From Schmidtea nova (lineage: Eukaryota), in assembly GCA_044892505.1 (NCBI GenBank), contig CM097882.1, positions 163,680,001-163,744,000 of the forward strand: 64,000 bases of DNA. The letters run 5' to 3'. Under the pieces are notes generated by a model, which did no database searches, was not told where the DNA came from, and was given only the letters and a program-made list of their open reading frames with translations. Position 1 is the stretch's first letter. Each line of letters opens with the position of its first letter. This document shows positions 50,434 to 61,565 of this stretch, piece after piece. A program made the translations under genes and the position numbers.

Positions 50434-53400
50434 TCAATATATACCGGTGGATGTAGATGGCTGATCACGCAATTGCTGCTCCATCCTCACCAGGTATTCG
50501 TGGAGTCTGCGCGATTCAGCCGTTTCGCCATCATCGAACTCCTCATCATCAAATCCATCAGGTTCGGCTGGGGTAATTGTTTCATCATAACCTATAATAG
50601 TATTTTCTACCCTATAGTGCCCATATGCAAAACTTTTGTTTTTCGACACCCAATTGCGTTTGTCGTCGTTGCAATTGAGTGCCGTTTTTGTATTTTTGAC
50701 ACTATAAACCTGATGATTTTTTGAGACTATACGAAACTGCGGGACTTTATATATTTTACTTGTTGTGTAACAGTCTAGGTAATGCGAATGGTTAAGTCCC
50801 GCAGTAGCCAAACATATGCCCTTGGCTTTTAAACACTCCTCGTCGCCAAGTAAACTATAGCATTTAGGGCGAAGAAAAACCCACTCTTCATATTTGAAGC
50901 CCTTATTTTCGTCCTTAAACTTTCCTATAACAGAATCCAAATTACGCGAAAATAAGGGATGGCTCGGGTCATAGTTCGAAGTATCTAAAAGTTGATCCCT
51001 CACCATAGCGGGCAAAAGAACAGAAAGCCTACAATTAACAATTTCAAGAAAAAAGGAGTCTGTGTCTCCTGCTGCAATATTAATCTTACAATTAAACTCT
51101 TTCCTATATTTCTCTAACTCTATATATTGTAGTTCATACATTCTTAGTTTAGACAAGTCCAAGACCGTCTGTCCTATATAACTTGGCCTATCTAAACACA
51201 CAGACTCCTTCCTCAAAAGCACTGATATAAGATTATGGTCAATTTTCGTTGATTTCCTAAAATACGGGCTACTGCTATATGTTATTAATTTACGTGCCGA
51301 ATTGCACAGTCTTAAATTTATACGTTTTTTCAGATTCTCTACGGTTTTGCCGTAGAGACTGTTATTTAATAACTTAAAATAATTTTTGTCGAGTTTCGTG
51401 GTGGAAGAAGCTCTCAAAGCAGTATTTGTATCAACGTATTTCTTAAAAAGCCTACTTTGATGGTATTTAATAGCTCGATGTATTTTGGTCACTACAACAC
51501 CTAACCTCAGAAACATCTGCAAAAGTCGCCAATGAAGCACATAGTTTTTCTTAGGCATGTGCGTCAAAAGCAACTTATGCACCTTCGAACCTGGCACACA
51601 CATCTTTTCAGCAGCTACTGGTAAATCATCCAGTAAGTCGTGAATAGATGCCGGTATCTCTAAATCCACTTCTATGGTATAACCATAGTTAAGTGAACAT
51701 AAATCAACCGTAGTGCACTCCAACAAGATGTCATGAAGCAAGTGGTCATCCGTGACCCAAACAAAGTCCCCGTCCGGTAAGTTTTGTGAAAGAGCCCAGC
51801 CATACAGATTATTAATATCTATATACAGCAACTCTGTATCTGGGCCTGATTTAACATGATGTTTATTAACGAAAGTGAGGCCGCCCCTGATTCCACCCTC
51901 AAAAAAGTTGTACATCTCCATATCTTGCAAAAGCTCGATAGGAGATTCCAAAGTCATTAATGCAGAACACCAGCTCATACCCGGTATACCCAAAAAATTC
52001 AACGGCTCAAGTTTATTATGAGCTATACTCTTTGCACGAAATTGTTGAAAATAATCAGCCAAAAGAAATATGTCGAGTTTCATGTAAACCATCATATAAT
52101 CAAATAATGAGGTACACGAATTTTCTCTCCATATTTCTTTTGCCTTTTCATAATCAGCAATTTCGACACCTTCCCAAATCGGCGGCAATTCAGTGATCGA
52201 CCTCAAGACAGATAAAGATGTAGCAACATCATATGGAAAAATTCCCTTACTGGTGATAATAGTCCCGGTAAATTCCGAAGAAGTAAGAGGAAAAGATGTT
52301 AGAGTTTTTACTAAGTTATTTAGAGATTCGCTGGCAAATTGATACGAATCGATAAACTTCACTGTGAGTGATCCGATTCTCGCAAAAAGACTGAGAAACT
52401 TCTCACTGGTGACAGGAACACAGCTAATGTTCCACGATTCGTATTTAGAAAGTCCGAATTTGAGGATATGATGTAAATCATATCCCCGTAGATTATGAAA
52501 AACTATCGGCAAAGTGTGTCGAATTTGCCTATTTATATTACATTCGTTGCATGCTGCTCCTAGGTAAGCACCTGTAAAGTGATCGTGGTCTTTAACAGGA
52601 TTTACTAAAATATTTTCACACAAGTAGCAGTGTGTTGCATAAGAAAAATGTTGCATGTCTTCGTAGGTTAATATTATTTGCTTATTTTTATTTGCGAAAT
52701 AATAGGGCGTTACAATTTTTCGACTTATATTTTCAATTTCTTGCAGGAATTTGGCAACGCAATCAAGGCCATAGAAGGATTTATATAATTTAACCCCAGT
52801 GAAATTATTAATAAGTAATAAACCCGCAGAAATGGGCAAATGTTTTTGGTAATATTTCGAGTCGCGAGGTAAAATTGCCTCAAAATCGGCATAAATTACA
52901 AAAGGAGGGGTCACTGTCTTCGTCCAGTCGCTAAAACGTAAAAATTTATTATTAGGAAGTGTATACAAAGTTGTGCCTATTTGGTTGGCATCACAAAGAC
53001 CACGATGTCTCTTGAATGTATCTGAATTACGGAAGCCATGCAAGCACCTAGGACACCATTTATTATAAATTCTCACTGGGGTTATGGCCGAAGTTTTACA
53101 ATTTAAAAATTTGTCGATGTTATATATTCCTGCGTAATGAAATTCTTTTTTATTTTCAATTAAAAGTAGGTTTATGACAGTGCCCCCCACTACTTTACTT
53201 TTATAGATAATATCGATGAATGGATGTTTCATCACTTCACTTTTATTAGTCAAGTCAACTAACGCATTTTCGTCATACGATAATACATTAATTGCATAAC
53301 CGGGGTTTGATAATTCAAATCTGCTAATGTTACTTAGCTTCATTGGCATATCATTTATATCAAAGCGAAGTGATGTCAAGTTATAAGATGTTGGTAATTG

Positions 53401-54482
53401 TCGAATTTCATCATCAACCTGATTATAATTTTTAACAGACAAGACACTATAAAGGAAGCAAAGATTGTCGGTGTTATTGACATTGATAATGCAATCCTTA
53501 TTAAGTAAAGATTTCGGTGTTGAAAGAAATTTTTTACCTCTTAATCTGGTAATTTCTGAGTATTTCGTTATTACAAAACTAATATATTCTATTTTATTTA
53601 ATTTCCAATTTGAACCCTTCTCGTTCATTTGGATAATTTTTTCGTTGAGATGTGTAACGCCCTCATCAATGAAATCAGTCGTCCATACACGCGCTGAATT
53701 TGAAATGACAAAAGACTGGTATTCATCGTCTTTCATCATTTCAACCTTTATACAAAATTGGATCTTAACAGATTTCATGGCAGAAATAATCGATGTTAAT
53801 TTTTCTAGTAAAAGAGATGGAACAGAAAGATTATTTAAATTTAAATGTGCAACATCCATCTTAACGATGATGTGCGAATTATTGAGATCAGAATCAACAG
53901 ATATTAACCCTAAACCTATTTGCTTAACAGAGTAACAGTTTAAAACTATAGGGTCTATTTCCTCTTCATCTGACGAAATAACAACCACATCGTCATCATC
54001 GTCACTTATATCAATAACCTCAAATTTACCTATTTTATTTGGTGTTTCACATACTGTTTCTGTATTTGTTCTTTTTAATAATTTGGGAACACATTCCACA
54101 TTATTGATTATTTGGTTGGGAACACAGTCCACATTGCAAGAGGTTGGGACAGAGTCCACATTAATAATTACTTGTTTGGGAACGCAGTCCACATTACTTT
54201 TTAATAATTTGGGAACACTGTCCACATTATTTTGCTTATTACTATTTTGTTGAATGTTTTTCGCGAAAATTGAATTAAATAAATTCTTTTTAGAACCATT
54301 GAATTGTGTTAAATGGTTTCTGTGATTATTATAAAATTGTGTGTAGGTGCATGTATCTAAAGTTTTGCATGTAGGGCAAATAAGATAGAAAATACTATTA
54401 TATTTGTAATAATAGTACTTTTCCATAAGACTATGACAGTCATTATGAAAAGTACTATTACAATAAGAACTGTATAGTTTAC
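50434..54482 (-). CDS. polB: Protein-primed family B DNA polymerase, main exon (exon 5)
   Basis: Exo motifs YADFE, HNLRGYD and YMKLD; KGIFPY; Pol motifs YIDINNLYG, KLLNNSLYGK and AGDTDS; C2HC finger; EndoVII-like insert. Confidence 0.97.
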
Positions 54483-54599
54483 CTAAATTTATCAAAATAT
54501 CAATATTTTATTATAAAAAATAATGTTATAAAGTATATAATAATTATTATACAATCGATATTGAATTTAAACTATAAATTCAATATCGGATGTATAATA

Positions 54600-55260
54600 A
54601 TGTCATGTATCATAAAAATTTTATAATTTATCATTTCTCATAAAATATCTTTTCTCATAAAATAAGATTGTCATAAAATCGATCATTATAATAAAATTTT
54701 CATAGTTTCATAGTCATAAAATCAATCTTTTTAATAAAATTTCATATTCATAAAATCAATCTTTTTAATAAAATTTTCATAGTTTCATTGTCATAAAATC
54801 GATCATTATAATAAAATTTTCATAGTTTCATTGTCATAAAATCAATCTTTTTAATAAAATTTTCATAGTTTCATTGTCATAAATTCGATCATTATAATAA
54901 AATTTTCATAGTTTCATTGTCATAAAATCGATCATTATAATAAAATTTTCATAGTTTCATTGTCATAAAATCAATCTTTTTAATAAAATTTTCATAGTTT
55001 CATTGTCATAAAATCGATCATTATAATAAAATTTTCATAGTCATAAAATATCTTTTCTCATAAAATTTTCATAGTCATAAAATCGATCATTTTTAATAAT
55101 ATTTTCATAGTCATAAAATCAATATTTTTAATAAAATTTTCATAGTCATAAAATCGATCATTTTTAATAATATTTTCATAATCATAAAATCAATATTTTT
55201 AATAAAATTTTCATAGTCATAAAATCAATATTTTTAATAAAATTTTCATAGTTTTATTGT
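54600..55260. repeat. AT-rich tandem array (~33-43 bp units) inside polB intron 4
   Basis: Unit aaaatcgatcattataataaaattttcatagtttcattgtcat and variants. Confidence 0.9.
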
Positions 55261-55425
55261 ACAATATTTATTTATAATTACTATTTTATTATTTAATAAC
55301 TTTGATGTTATAATTAAATAATAAAATAGAACTTATAAATAAAATTTGTACAATAAAAGTTAATTTATAAAAAAATTGAAATAAATAATTTATAAATAAT
55401 TTATAAAAAATAAATAAAATCATAC

Positions 55426-55941
55426 ATTTCTGCCGACCATTATAGCGGTCATCTTCTGGTGCAGCAACATCCCTAATAAGGGGCATGGGTTCATCCCTAA
55501 TAAGGGGCATATCAGCATCATCCCTAATAAGGGGCATATTTTCATCCCTAATCAGGGGTATATTAATTTCGGAAGTTTCTTCGGCTTTAAATTAATCATT
55601 TAATAATAATAAATAAAAGAATAAAAGAAACAATTACCATCGATATCAACGTTTAATCTTTCGTTTCTGCTAGCTGCATAGTATTGAGTTGTTAATTGTA
55701 CATTTGTTACTGTAATAATAATAATAATAACAATAATGAAATTAGTATTTTTTAAAATTTTTACCATTTTCATTCTCTTTTTCAGTATCTTTTTCGGTAT
55801 TTAAATTGGTTGAAATCTTCATGTTGAGATTCATTTTTCCTATAATTAATTTGTTATAAAATTTATAAAATAAATAAAATAAAAAATACCAAATCTATTC
55901 CTACGGATATTTTCTTTAATCGATTGAGAAATGTTGTTCAT
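55426..55941 (-). CDS. polB: Upstream coding exons 1-4 of polB (55941-55890, 55839-55765, 55709-55638, 55584-55426)
   Basis: GT-AG introns of 50, 55, 53 and 943 nt, all phase 1. The joined frame is open into the main ORF and gives 1468 aa. Confidence 0.7.
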
Positions 55942-56432
55942 TGTTTAATAATAATAATAATTTGAAATTTTTAAAAGGTTTGTTTAAATTGTGACGAAAT
56001 AATGAAAACATATAGTATATATCACGTTTATTACAAACTTTATTCACGAACCAATCACAAGCGAGATAGGGTAGAAAAAGTATGTGTGCACACTGAGTAT
56101 GTATGTTAAAAATCTCTCACCAAGTATGTGTGTTAATAATTCACTCACCAAGTATGAATCATGTCTTTGTTATATTGCACGATGCATGTCGGATGCAACG
56201 ATACAAAGACACTACGTGACTAAAGTGTTTATGAAATATCTTATGGGTGTAGATGCAGATGTGAATACACCCAAGTCGATTTATATGTGAAATAATTGAG
56301 TGTCTGCATGCGTGCTTGCATGCAATTTCTTTATGATTATCGAAAAGTATAGCTAGATGGATGTTAATCTGCAAATTGGATGTGAATTCTGCAAGTTTAT
56401 AAAAAATAATAAATAAAACACGAATAATACAT

Positions 56433-56834
56433 TTATTGTTTTAAATAATCAATTACACCAGACAAGCATCCTTTATATGCACACATACTATGATCTTTAT
56501 ATGGACATGAGATATTTTCTGGAACATCTTCAAATTCTTTAAAATTATATTTAATTAATCTCAATTTCGGGAAATATTTCTTCAAAACTTGCAACTTTTC
56601 ATTATCTGTAACATAGAATATAGCTCCTTTATTTTCAATATCATCCATTATACATTTTGGGCAAAAATAATCTTGTCCTTCAAACGATTCTATACGATCA
56701 GGCCAGAAAGATAAATCACTGTATATATAATACAAGGGTGTGAAAATACTATTTACATTCATAATGCATAATTCCTTAATAATTGTTCCTCCAATATCAT
56801 TATAACCGTACATATCAATAAAATAACAAGTCAT
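56433..56834 (-). CDS. Small Polinton accessory protein, possibly RNase H-like/DEDD fold with a C-terminal Cys/His cluster
   Basis: FIDMYGY...IIKELCI N-terminus and CPYKDHSMCA; intact ORF inside the gene block. Confidence 0.55.
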   Translation of the reverse strand: MTCYFIDMYGYNDIGGTIIKELCIMNVNSIFTPLYYIYSDLSFWPDRIESFEGQDYFCPKCIMDDIENKGAIFYVTDNEKLQVLKKYFPKLRLIKYNFKEFEDVPENISCPYKDHSMCAYKGCLSGVIDYLKQ

Positions 56835-56866
56835 TTTTTACAATAACATTTATTATACTAAATTGT

Positions 56867-57243
56867 TTATAACATTGATTTTAGCCATGCAAGGCAATGT
56901 TGTCCACAAGTGATTGTTAATGGATGTTGATACCGAATTCTATTATACACAATAGGTTTACCAATAGTTTGCAATTTTCGAACAAGTAAATTTGGATAAT
57001 AATATCCAAAGGGATCAAATACATGTATTCGATCCGGTTTCACGTAAACCGCAATCCAATGTTCACCACCCAAAGTAGAAGTGTGAGTATTTACAATGAT
57101 GGCTTGATTCATTTTCAAATAAGGAATTTTATCTAACGGAAAAACTCCAAGAAATTGGTTTCCCAATAGTTTTTTACCTTGTTGTAATACCTGAATAGAA
57201 CTAATTAAAAATAAATAATTATTCAATTAAAAACTTACTCCAT
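56867..57243 (-). CDS. pro: Adenain-like cysteine protease (5-nt exon 57243-57239, 38-nt intron, exon 57200-56867)
   Basis: GVFPLD, GEHW, FDPFG and YQ....CGQHC motifs; ATGGA|GTAAGT...TTAG|TTCT gives MDSIQV. Confidence 0.88.
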
Positions 57244-57296
57244 AATTATAATATTAATAATAATAACTTTGGTTATTTATACTGTTTGAGCTCTGC

Positions 57297-58517
57297 TCAA
57301 ACCAATACTGTTCGATTGGCAGTAATTTGTACTTCATTTTCAAACAATCCATATATAATTACATGAACCGGTTCATCAATGGGTTTTGCAAACTTTATAT
57401 CTAGCCTTAAATTACCGTTTTGTGGGATTTGACTTTGATTCAAATCGAAATCGGGAGCCAGAACAAATGTAAAGAATGGATATTTTGCTTTAAATTCATC
57501 CAGACTTATACCACAATTCAAGTTTTTATCCAAATATCCTAAATTTCGGACAAGACTTTGCATATATGTGGCACTAAAATTATCATTTTCAAAATCTTGA
57601 GTATAAGTTTCTCGATAATCGGTATTTTTCGATAATGATAATGAAGTTACATTAAAGTGTTTGAATGAAGATGAAGATTCAGCATATGATCCGTTATATT
57701 GATTTTCAGTTTGAAAAGCCACAAGAATGAAATTAGGCATTCTTCTATCTCCAAATATTTGCTCCTTGTAAAATGATGATGCACCTTTCCCAATAGCAAA
57801 CGATACGATTTCTTTGGATTTTATCGGATAAATTGCATGTTTGCTATTTAAACCAATTTGATGACCGGCCAAAACTGAAGATTCACACCGAACTCTTCTT
57901 ACCATTAATTTAGCGTCTACTAATTGGAGTATTGGTTTCCCAGTTGCCGATTTCAGTGATAATGCAGAATCAGATCGCTTCAATCTAATATGTACATTAA
58001 CTCCGGGAAGTAAGTATTTAGGTTGATCCATAAAATCAAGTTGTAATGATGAACACATGTTAAAAAGTTTCGATCCCTTGATCCACTTTTTTCTATCGTC
58101 ACTTGCACCATATCCCATTGGAGTAAGACAAGTTTCTTTTGAATCGTTCGTATAATTTAAAATAGTTTCGATTATTGCCTTGTGTGCATATGTATTGTTT
58201 CCACCCTCGATTTTTATATTATTAAATCCAAGAATCACATCTTTGAAAAGTGTATGAAACAAGTAATTATTAGGTACTACATCACTCGCATCAACTAATT
58301 TATTTTTATCTTTATCTACAACTTTGACCGTAACGGATAATAACGTATCGTTCAAATCCAAATATTCGGTTGCCGATCCATTAATGTAAAATTCAACATC
58401 ATTTCTACTATCTGTAATAGAATTCATTGGAAACACATCTTCAAACACCCCATATTCAATAACTGCTTGGGGGCTTGGTCGATCAAAAATACATAATTCA
58501 GATTTACCGCAAATCAT
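57297..58517 (-). CDS. MCP: Major capsid protein (double jelly-roll, PY/hexon-like)
   Basis: 406 aa; KSELCIFD, EYLDLNDTLL, YLLPGVNVHIRL, FKHFNV and GNLRLDIKFAKP motifs typical of Polinton PY. Confidence 0.9.
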   Translation of the reverse strand: MICGKSELCIFDRPSPQAVIEYGVFEDVFPMNSITDSRNDVEFYINGSATEYLDLNDTLLSVTVKVVDKDKNKLVDASDVVPNNYLFHTLFKDVILGFNNIKIEGGNNTYAHKAIIETILNYTNDSKETCLTPMGYGASDDRKKWIKGSKLFNMCSSLQLDFMDQPKYLLPGVNVHIRLKRSDSALSLKSATGKPILQLVDAKLMVRRVRCESSVLAGHQIGLNSKHAIYPIKSKEIVSFAIGKGASSFYKEQIFGDRRMPNFILVAFQTENQYNGSYAESSSSFKHFNVTSLSLSKNTDYRETYTQDFENDNFSATYMQSLVRNLGYLDKNLNCGISLDEFKAKYPFFTFVLAPDFDLNQSQIPQNGNLRLDIKFAKPIDEPVHVIIYGLFENEVQITANRTVLV

Positions 58518-58894
58518 TCTTCAAATATTGTTCCATGACCTTTCATTCGTTTGTTTATACGTCTTCGTTTACGTCTTGGTCCTACTGGTACAGGTTCCGG
58601 TTCATTTTTTGTAAACATATTTGTAATTGAAGGAATCATTTTTGTTACAGTAGGTATAGCTTTATTAACTGCGGCCAAAGCATTTGTTTTCAATGATGGT
58701 AATATTTTATTATCTTTCATGATAACATCCTTGGCAGTATTGAATCCAAAACTACCTAATCGCTTAAGTAGTGGAAGTGCAAATCTACCAATAGTTTTCA
58801 ACCAACCTGATCCATACTGTTTACCTACAAAATACGGTAATTCGCCACCAGTTTGGCTATTACTGTACAAAGAAACTATATCTGGATTACTCAT
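58514..58894 (-). CDS. Basic virion/core protein with QxGG and QYGSG plus amphipathic helix
   Basis: QTGG, KQYGSGWLKTIGRFALPLLKRLG and PRRKRRR. Confidence 0.7.
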   Translation of the reverse strand: MSNPDIVSLYSNSQTGGELPYFVGKQYGSGWLKTIGRFALPLLKRLGSFGFNTAKDVIMKDNKILPSLKTNALAAVNKAIPTVTKMIPSITNMFTKNEPEPVPVGPRRKRRRINKRMKGHGTIFEE

Positions 58895-59939
58895 GATGTT
58901 TTCGAAAATGTAGAGTCAAATGAGTTTTCGAATTTTTTGGAAAGTTTATTAAATTACCTTTATCATCTCGGATATTTATTTCTATATTGTTTATACAGGA
59001 TGTTGAAACAGTTACATACATTGGATTTTCAACTTGTATTTGAACAACCTCATCCTGTTCATATTTTTCAATCCATACCGATTTCAGTAAAGGAACCAAT
59101 GAATCTCCAACAATTATAGGTTCAATAATGTTACTGTAAATGAACATTTGCTGATGAAGTTTAATTATTTTCGGTTTATTTATTCCAACAGTGAAGCTTC
59201 CATTTTGAGCATATGTTGCTTTCAATAAACCCAATGTTTTTACTAGGTTATTATCAAAAGTTATTTCGCTAACATCTGGATTCAAACTGAATTTGAAGTA
59301 AGTATCATCTAACAATTCCACCGACTTAAAAATACTTGCACAATTTAGAATTAAATATGATTTCATTTCATCCAGTTTCGATATGTATAAATTATCGGCA
59401 AATGTATGGATAAATACAGAATCAGCCTTATACTCCATCTTTAATCTAATATTTTCAGTAACTGGACCATCTATACCATAATATGGTAACGGTATCTTGT
59501 ATGTATCTGTAGGACTTACAATACTCTGCTTCGTTAATCCCATTCTTTTCGCCATTGCCAAAGTATCAAATGTTATAGTGAAGGGAAAATGATCACAGGT
59601 AAAATAAATAGATTGCCTATCACTCAACATTTGAGCAATATCATCGGCAGGATTAGATGTGTCAACTTCACAAAATTGATTGTTAATAATCAAATTTTTA
59701 TATTTTGTATGTATAGTTTTCTTTTTGTATCGAATTTCAGCTTTACTGTAAAATGGAAATGGATTATACACAAATGTAAAGTCTAAGAGAGCGACTTCCC
59801 AAATCCCGTCCAAATACATTGGATTTTGGAGATTGACCATGAAATTACTTGCTGTATTATCTGGATGTATGTCTGGACAACTGTTGCTAGGTAGAATCAT
59901 ATAAAAATTCATTTTACTAGGTTTTTTGACGATATCCAT
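58887..59939 (-). CDS. mCP: Minor capsid protein (penton, PX-like)
   Basis: FYMILPSNS...NTASNF...WEVAL; C-terminal FIYSNIIEPIIVGD...LL and IEINIRDDKG...LHFRK. Confidence 0.88.
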   Translation of the reverse strand: MDIVKKPSKMNFYMILPSNSCPDIHPDNTASNFMVNLQNPMYLDGIWEVALLDFTFVYNPFPFYSKAEIRYKKKTIHTKYKNLIINNQFCEVDTSNPADDIAQMLSDRQSIYFTCDHFPFTITFDTLAMAKRMGLTKQSIVSPTDTYKIPLPYYGIDGPVTENIRLKMEYKADSVFIHTFADNLYISKLDEMKSYLILNCASIFKSVELLDDTYFKFSLNPDVSEITFDNNLVKTLGLLKATYAQNGSFTVGINKPKIIKLHQQMFIYSNIIEPIIVGDSLVPLLKSVWIEKYEQDEVVQIQVENPMYVTVSTSCINNIEINIRDDKGNLINFPKNSKTHLTLHFRKHHE

Positions 59940-60953
59940 GATGGTTCCTTATATCCATGCCACTTGACATAGTATTGTTTATCCTTACCTACCATTTTAG
60001 TTTTCAATATTTTTTGAATTCTAAATATTGTCGGTGGAGGTATAACTTGTAATTCTTGTTCATAGAATTTCCCACTGACTATATTGTTATCAGAGTCAGA
60101 AATAGTATACATGACAGGATTCTGGACTGTGTTGACCTTCGATATTTTAAATACCTCATCACTCCAATTACTATCAAAATTTTTAATGAATGGCGATGCA
60201 CTAATTTTACTAATTCGAACATGATCACCTATTTTATATTTCGGTTTCTTGATTATTGTATCACTCACGATATTTTCAGTATTAACTACTTCTGCAGGTT
60301 TCCTGCCATTTATACCTCGATGAGCAGAATGATTATAACTATGGATCATTTGTGGTAAAACATTAATCCATGTTTTATTACCTTGATGTACAAAATATTT
60401 TTTGAGCCGATCTCGTAATGTACGATTAAATCTCTCGACATGAGCGGCTTTGAATTGCGAGAATACCGAATAATGATTGATTCCCTTGATAACTTCCTTG
60501 ACTTTACTGTTGTAAAATTCCTTACCTAAAAAATATTAAATCAATAAATTATAATTAAAATTTACCCAAATCGGTTTGTAAATTTGTTGGACGATCCTTT
60601 TTCATCATTGCTTTGATCGCGATTGCCATATCATTACCAGATTTCGATTTTACTGCGATTGCCCGCGCAAAACGACTGTAAACATCAATACATGTTAAAA
60701 TATACTTGTATCCCTTGTTAATTTTTGAATACGGAATCATTTCCATCAAATCCATTTGCCACAAATCATTGATTCTATACGTTTTATATGATCTAGTTGG
60801 AAACCGTTTCAGCATCGGTTTGTTTAGACTGTATGCAAGTTGCCCCGATAACCAGCTTTGTGTCTGTTGTTTCGACTTCTGTACTTTTTTCCTTAACTTT
60901 TCGACTCCACCGAAACCGGCTTCGTCTTTCGGGTTCGTCCAGATCTTCTCCAT
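59909..60953 (-). CDS. int: Retroviral-like (rve) integrase with SH3-like region and chromodomain; 2 exons (60953-60566, 60525-59909), 334 aa
   Basis: WQMDL, CIDVYSR, TDLG|KEFYN across a 40-nt intron, VERFNRTL; YYVKWHGY...SWI chromodomain. Confidence 0.93.
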
Positions 60954-61008
60954 TACAACAAGAAGATTTAAAGTTTAAATTTAAATTAGGTAATGATTGA
61001 CCCATTGT

Positions 61009-61545
61009 TTATGACGTTCTTTTTCCCAATAAACCAGCACCACCTAATAACGATAAAGCTAGGGGTAATAATGCAGCAATAAACCCTCCTTGTTGTTTAT
61101 ATATTATTTTACGCATAAGTTTTTTATTTTTTGTTTTTACAAGTGATAACAATGGTTTTTTATGCTTGTTCAAAACCCGACGATTAGAAGGAGTTAGATT
61201 CATTTTACCTCGTACGACTTTAATTAAAATAGCGAGTAAATCATCAATAACGTAATTGGGAAACGACTGAAGAATACCCATTCTTCTAGCACTGGGGGCT
61301 TTTAGCAATGCATTAAAGAACGGAAAACTCCGATGATGTATTTGTTTAGGATTAGATTTCAAAATAGGGGGAATTTGATTTTGTTTGGGAAAATTATCCA
61401 TAATTAGTTTTTTCGAAGGAGTATAACTTGTTTTAGAAACGGGTTTCGAAACTGATTTCTTTGTTTTCTTTGTTTTCTTTGTTTTCTTCATTGTTTTTCT
61501 TGCCTTTATCAAGCGCTCAAACTTTACTCTAGATTTCATTAACAT
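61009..61545 (-). CDS. Basic protein with adenovirus pX-like C-terminus
   Basis: Lys-rich N-terminus; QQGG-FIAALLPLALSLLGG resembles adenovirus pX GG-ILPLLIP. Confidence 0.7.
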   Translation of the reverse strand: MLMKSRVKFERLIKARKTMKKTKKTKKTKKSVSKPVSKTSYTPSKKLIMDNFPKQNQIPPILKSNPKQIHHRSFPFFNALLKAPSARRMGILQSFPNYVIDDLLAILIKVVRGKMNLTPSNRRVLNKHKKPLLSLVKTKNKKLMRKIIYKQQGGFIAALLPLALSLLGGAGLLGKRTS

Positions 61546-61565
61546 GATTACTACTGTAAATATAT

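Noticed and set aside
48199-55260. Tandem arrays as CRISPR-like repeats
   Set aside because: No unique spacers, eukaryotic context and no cas genes.
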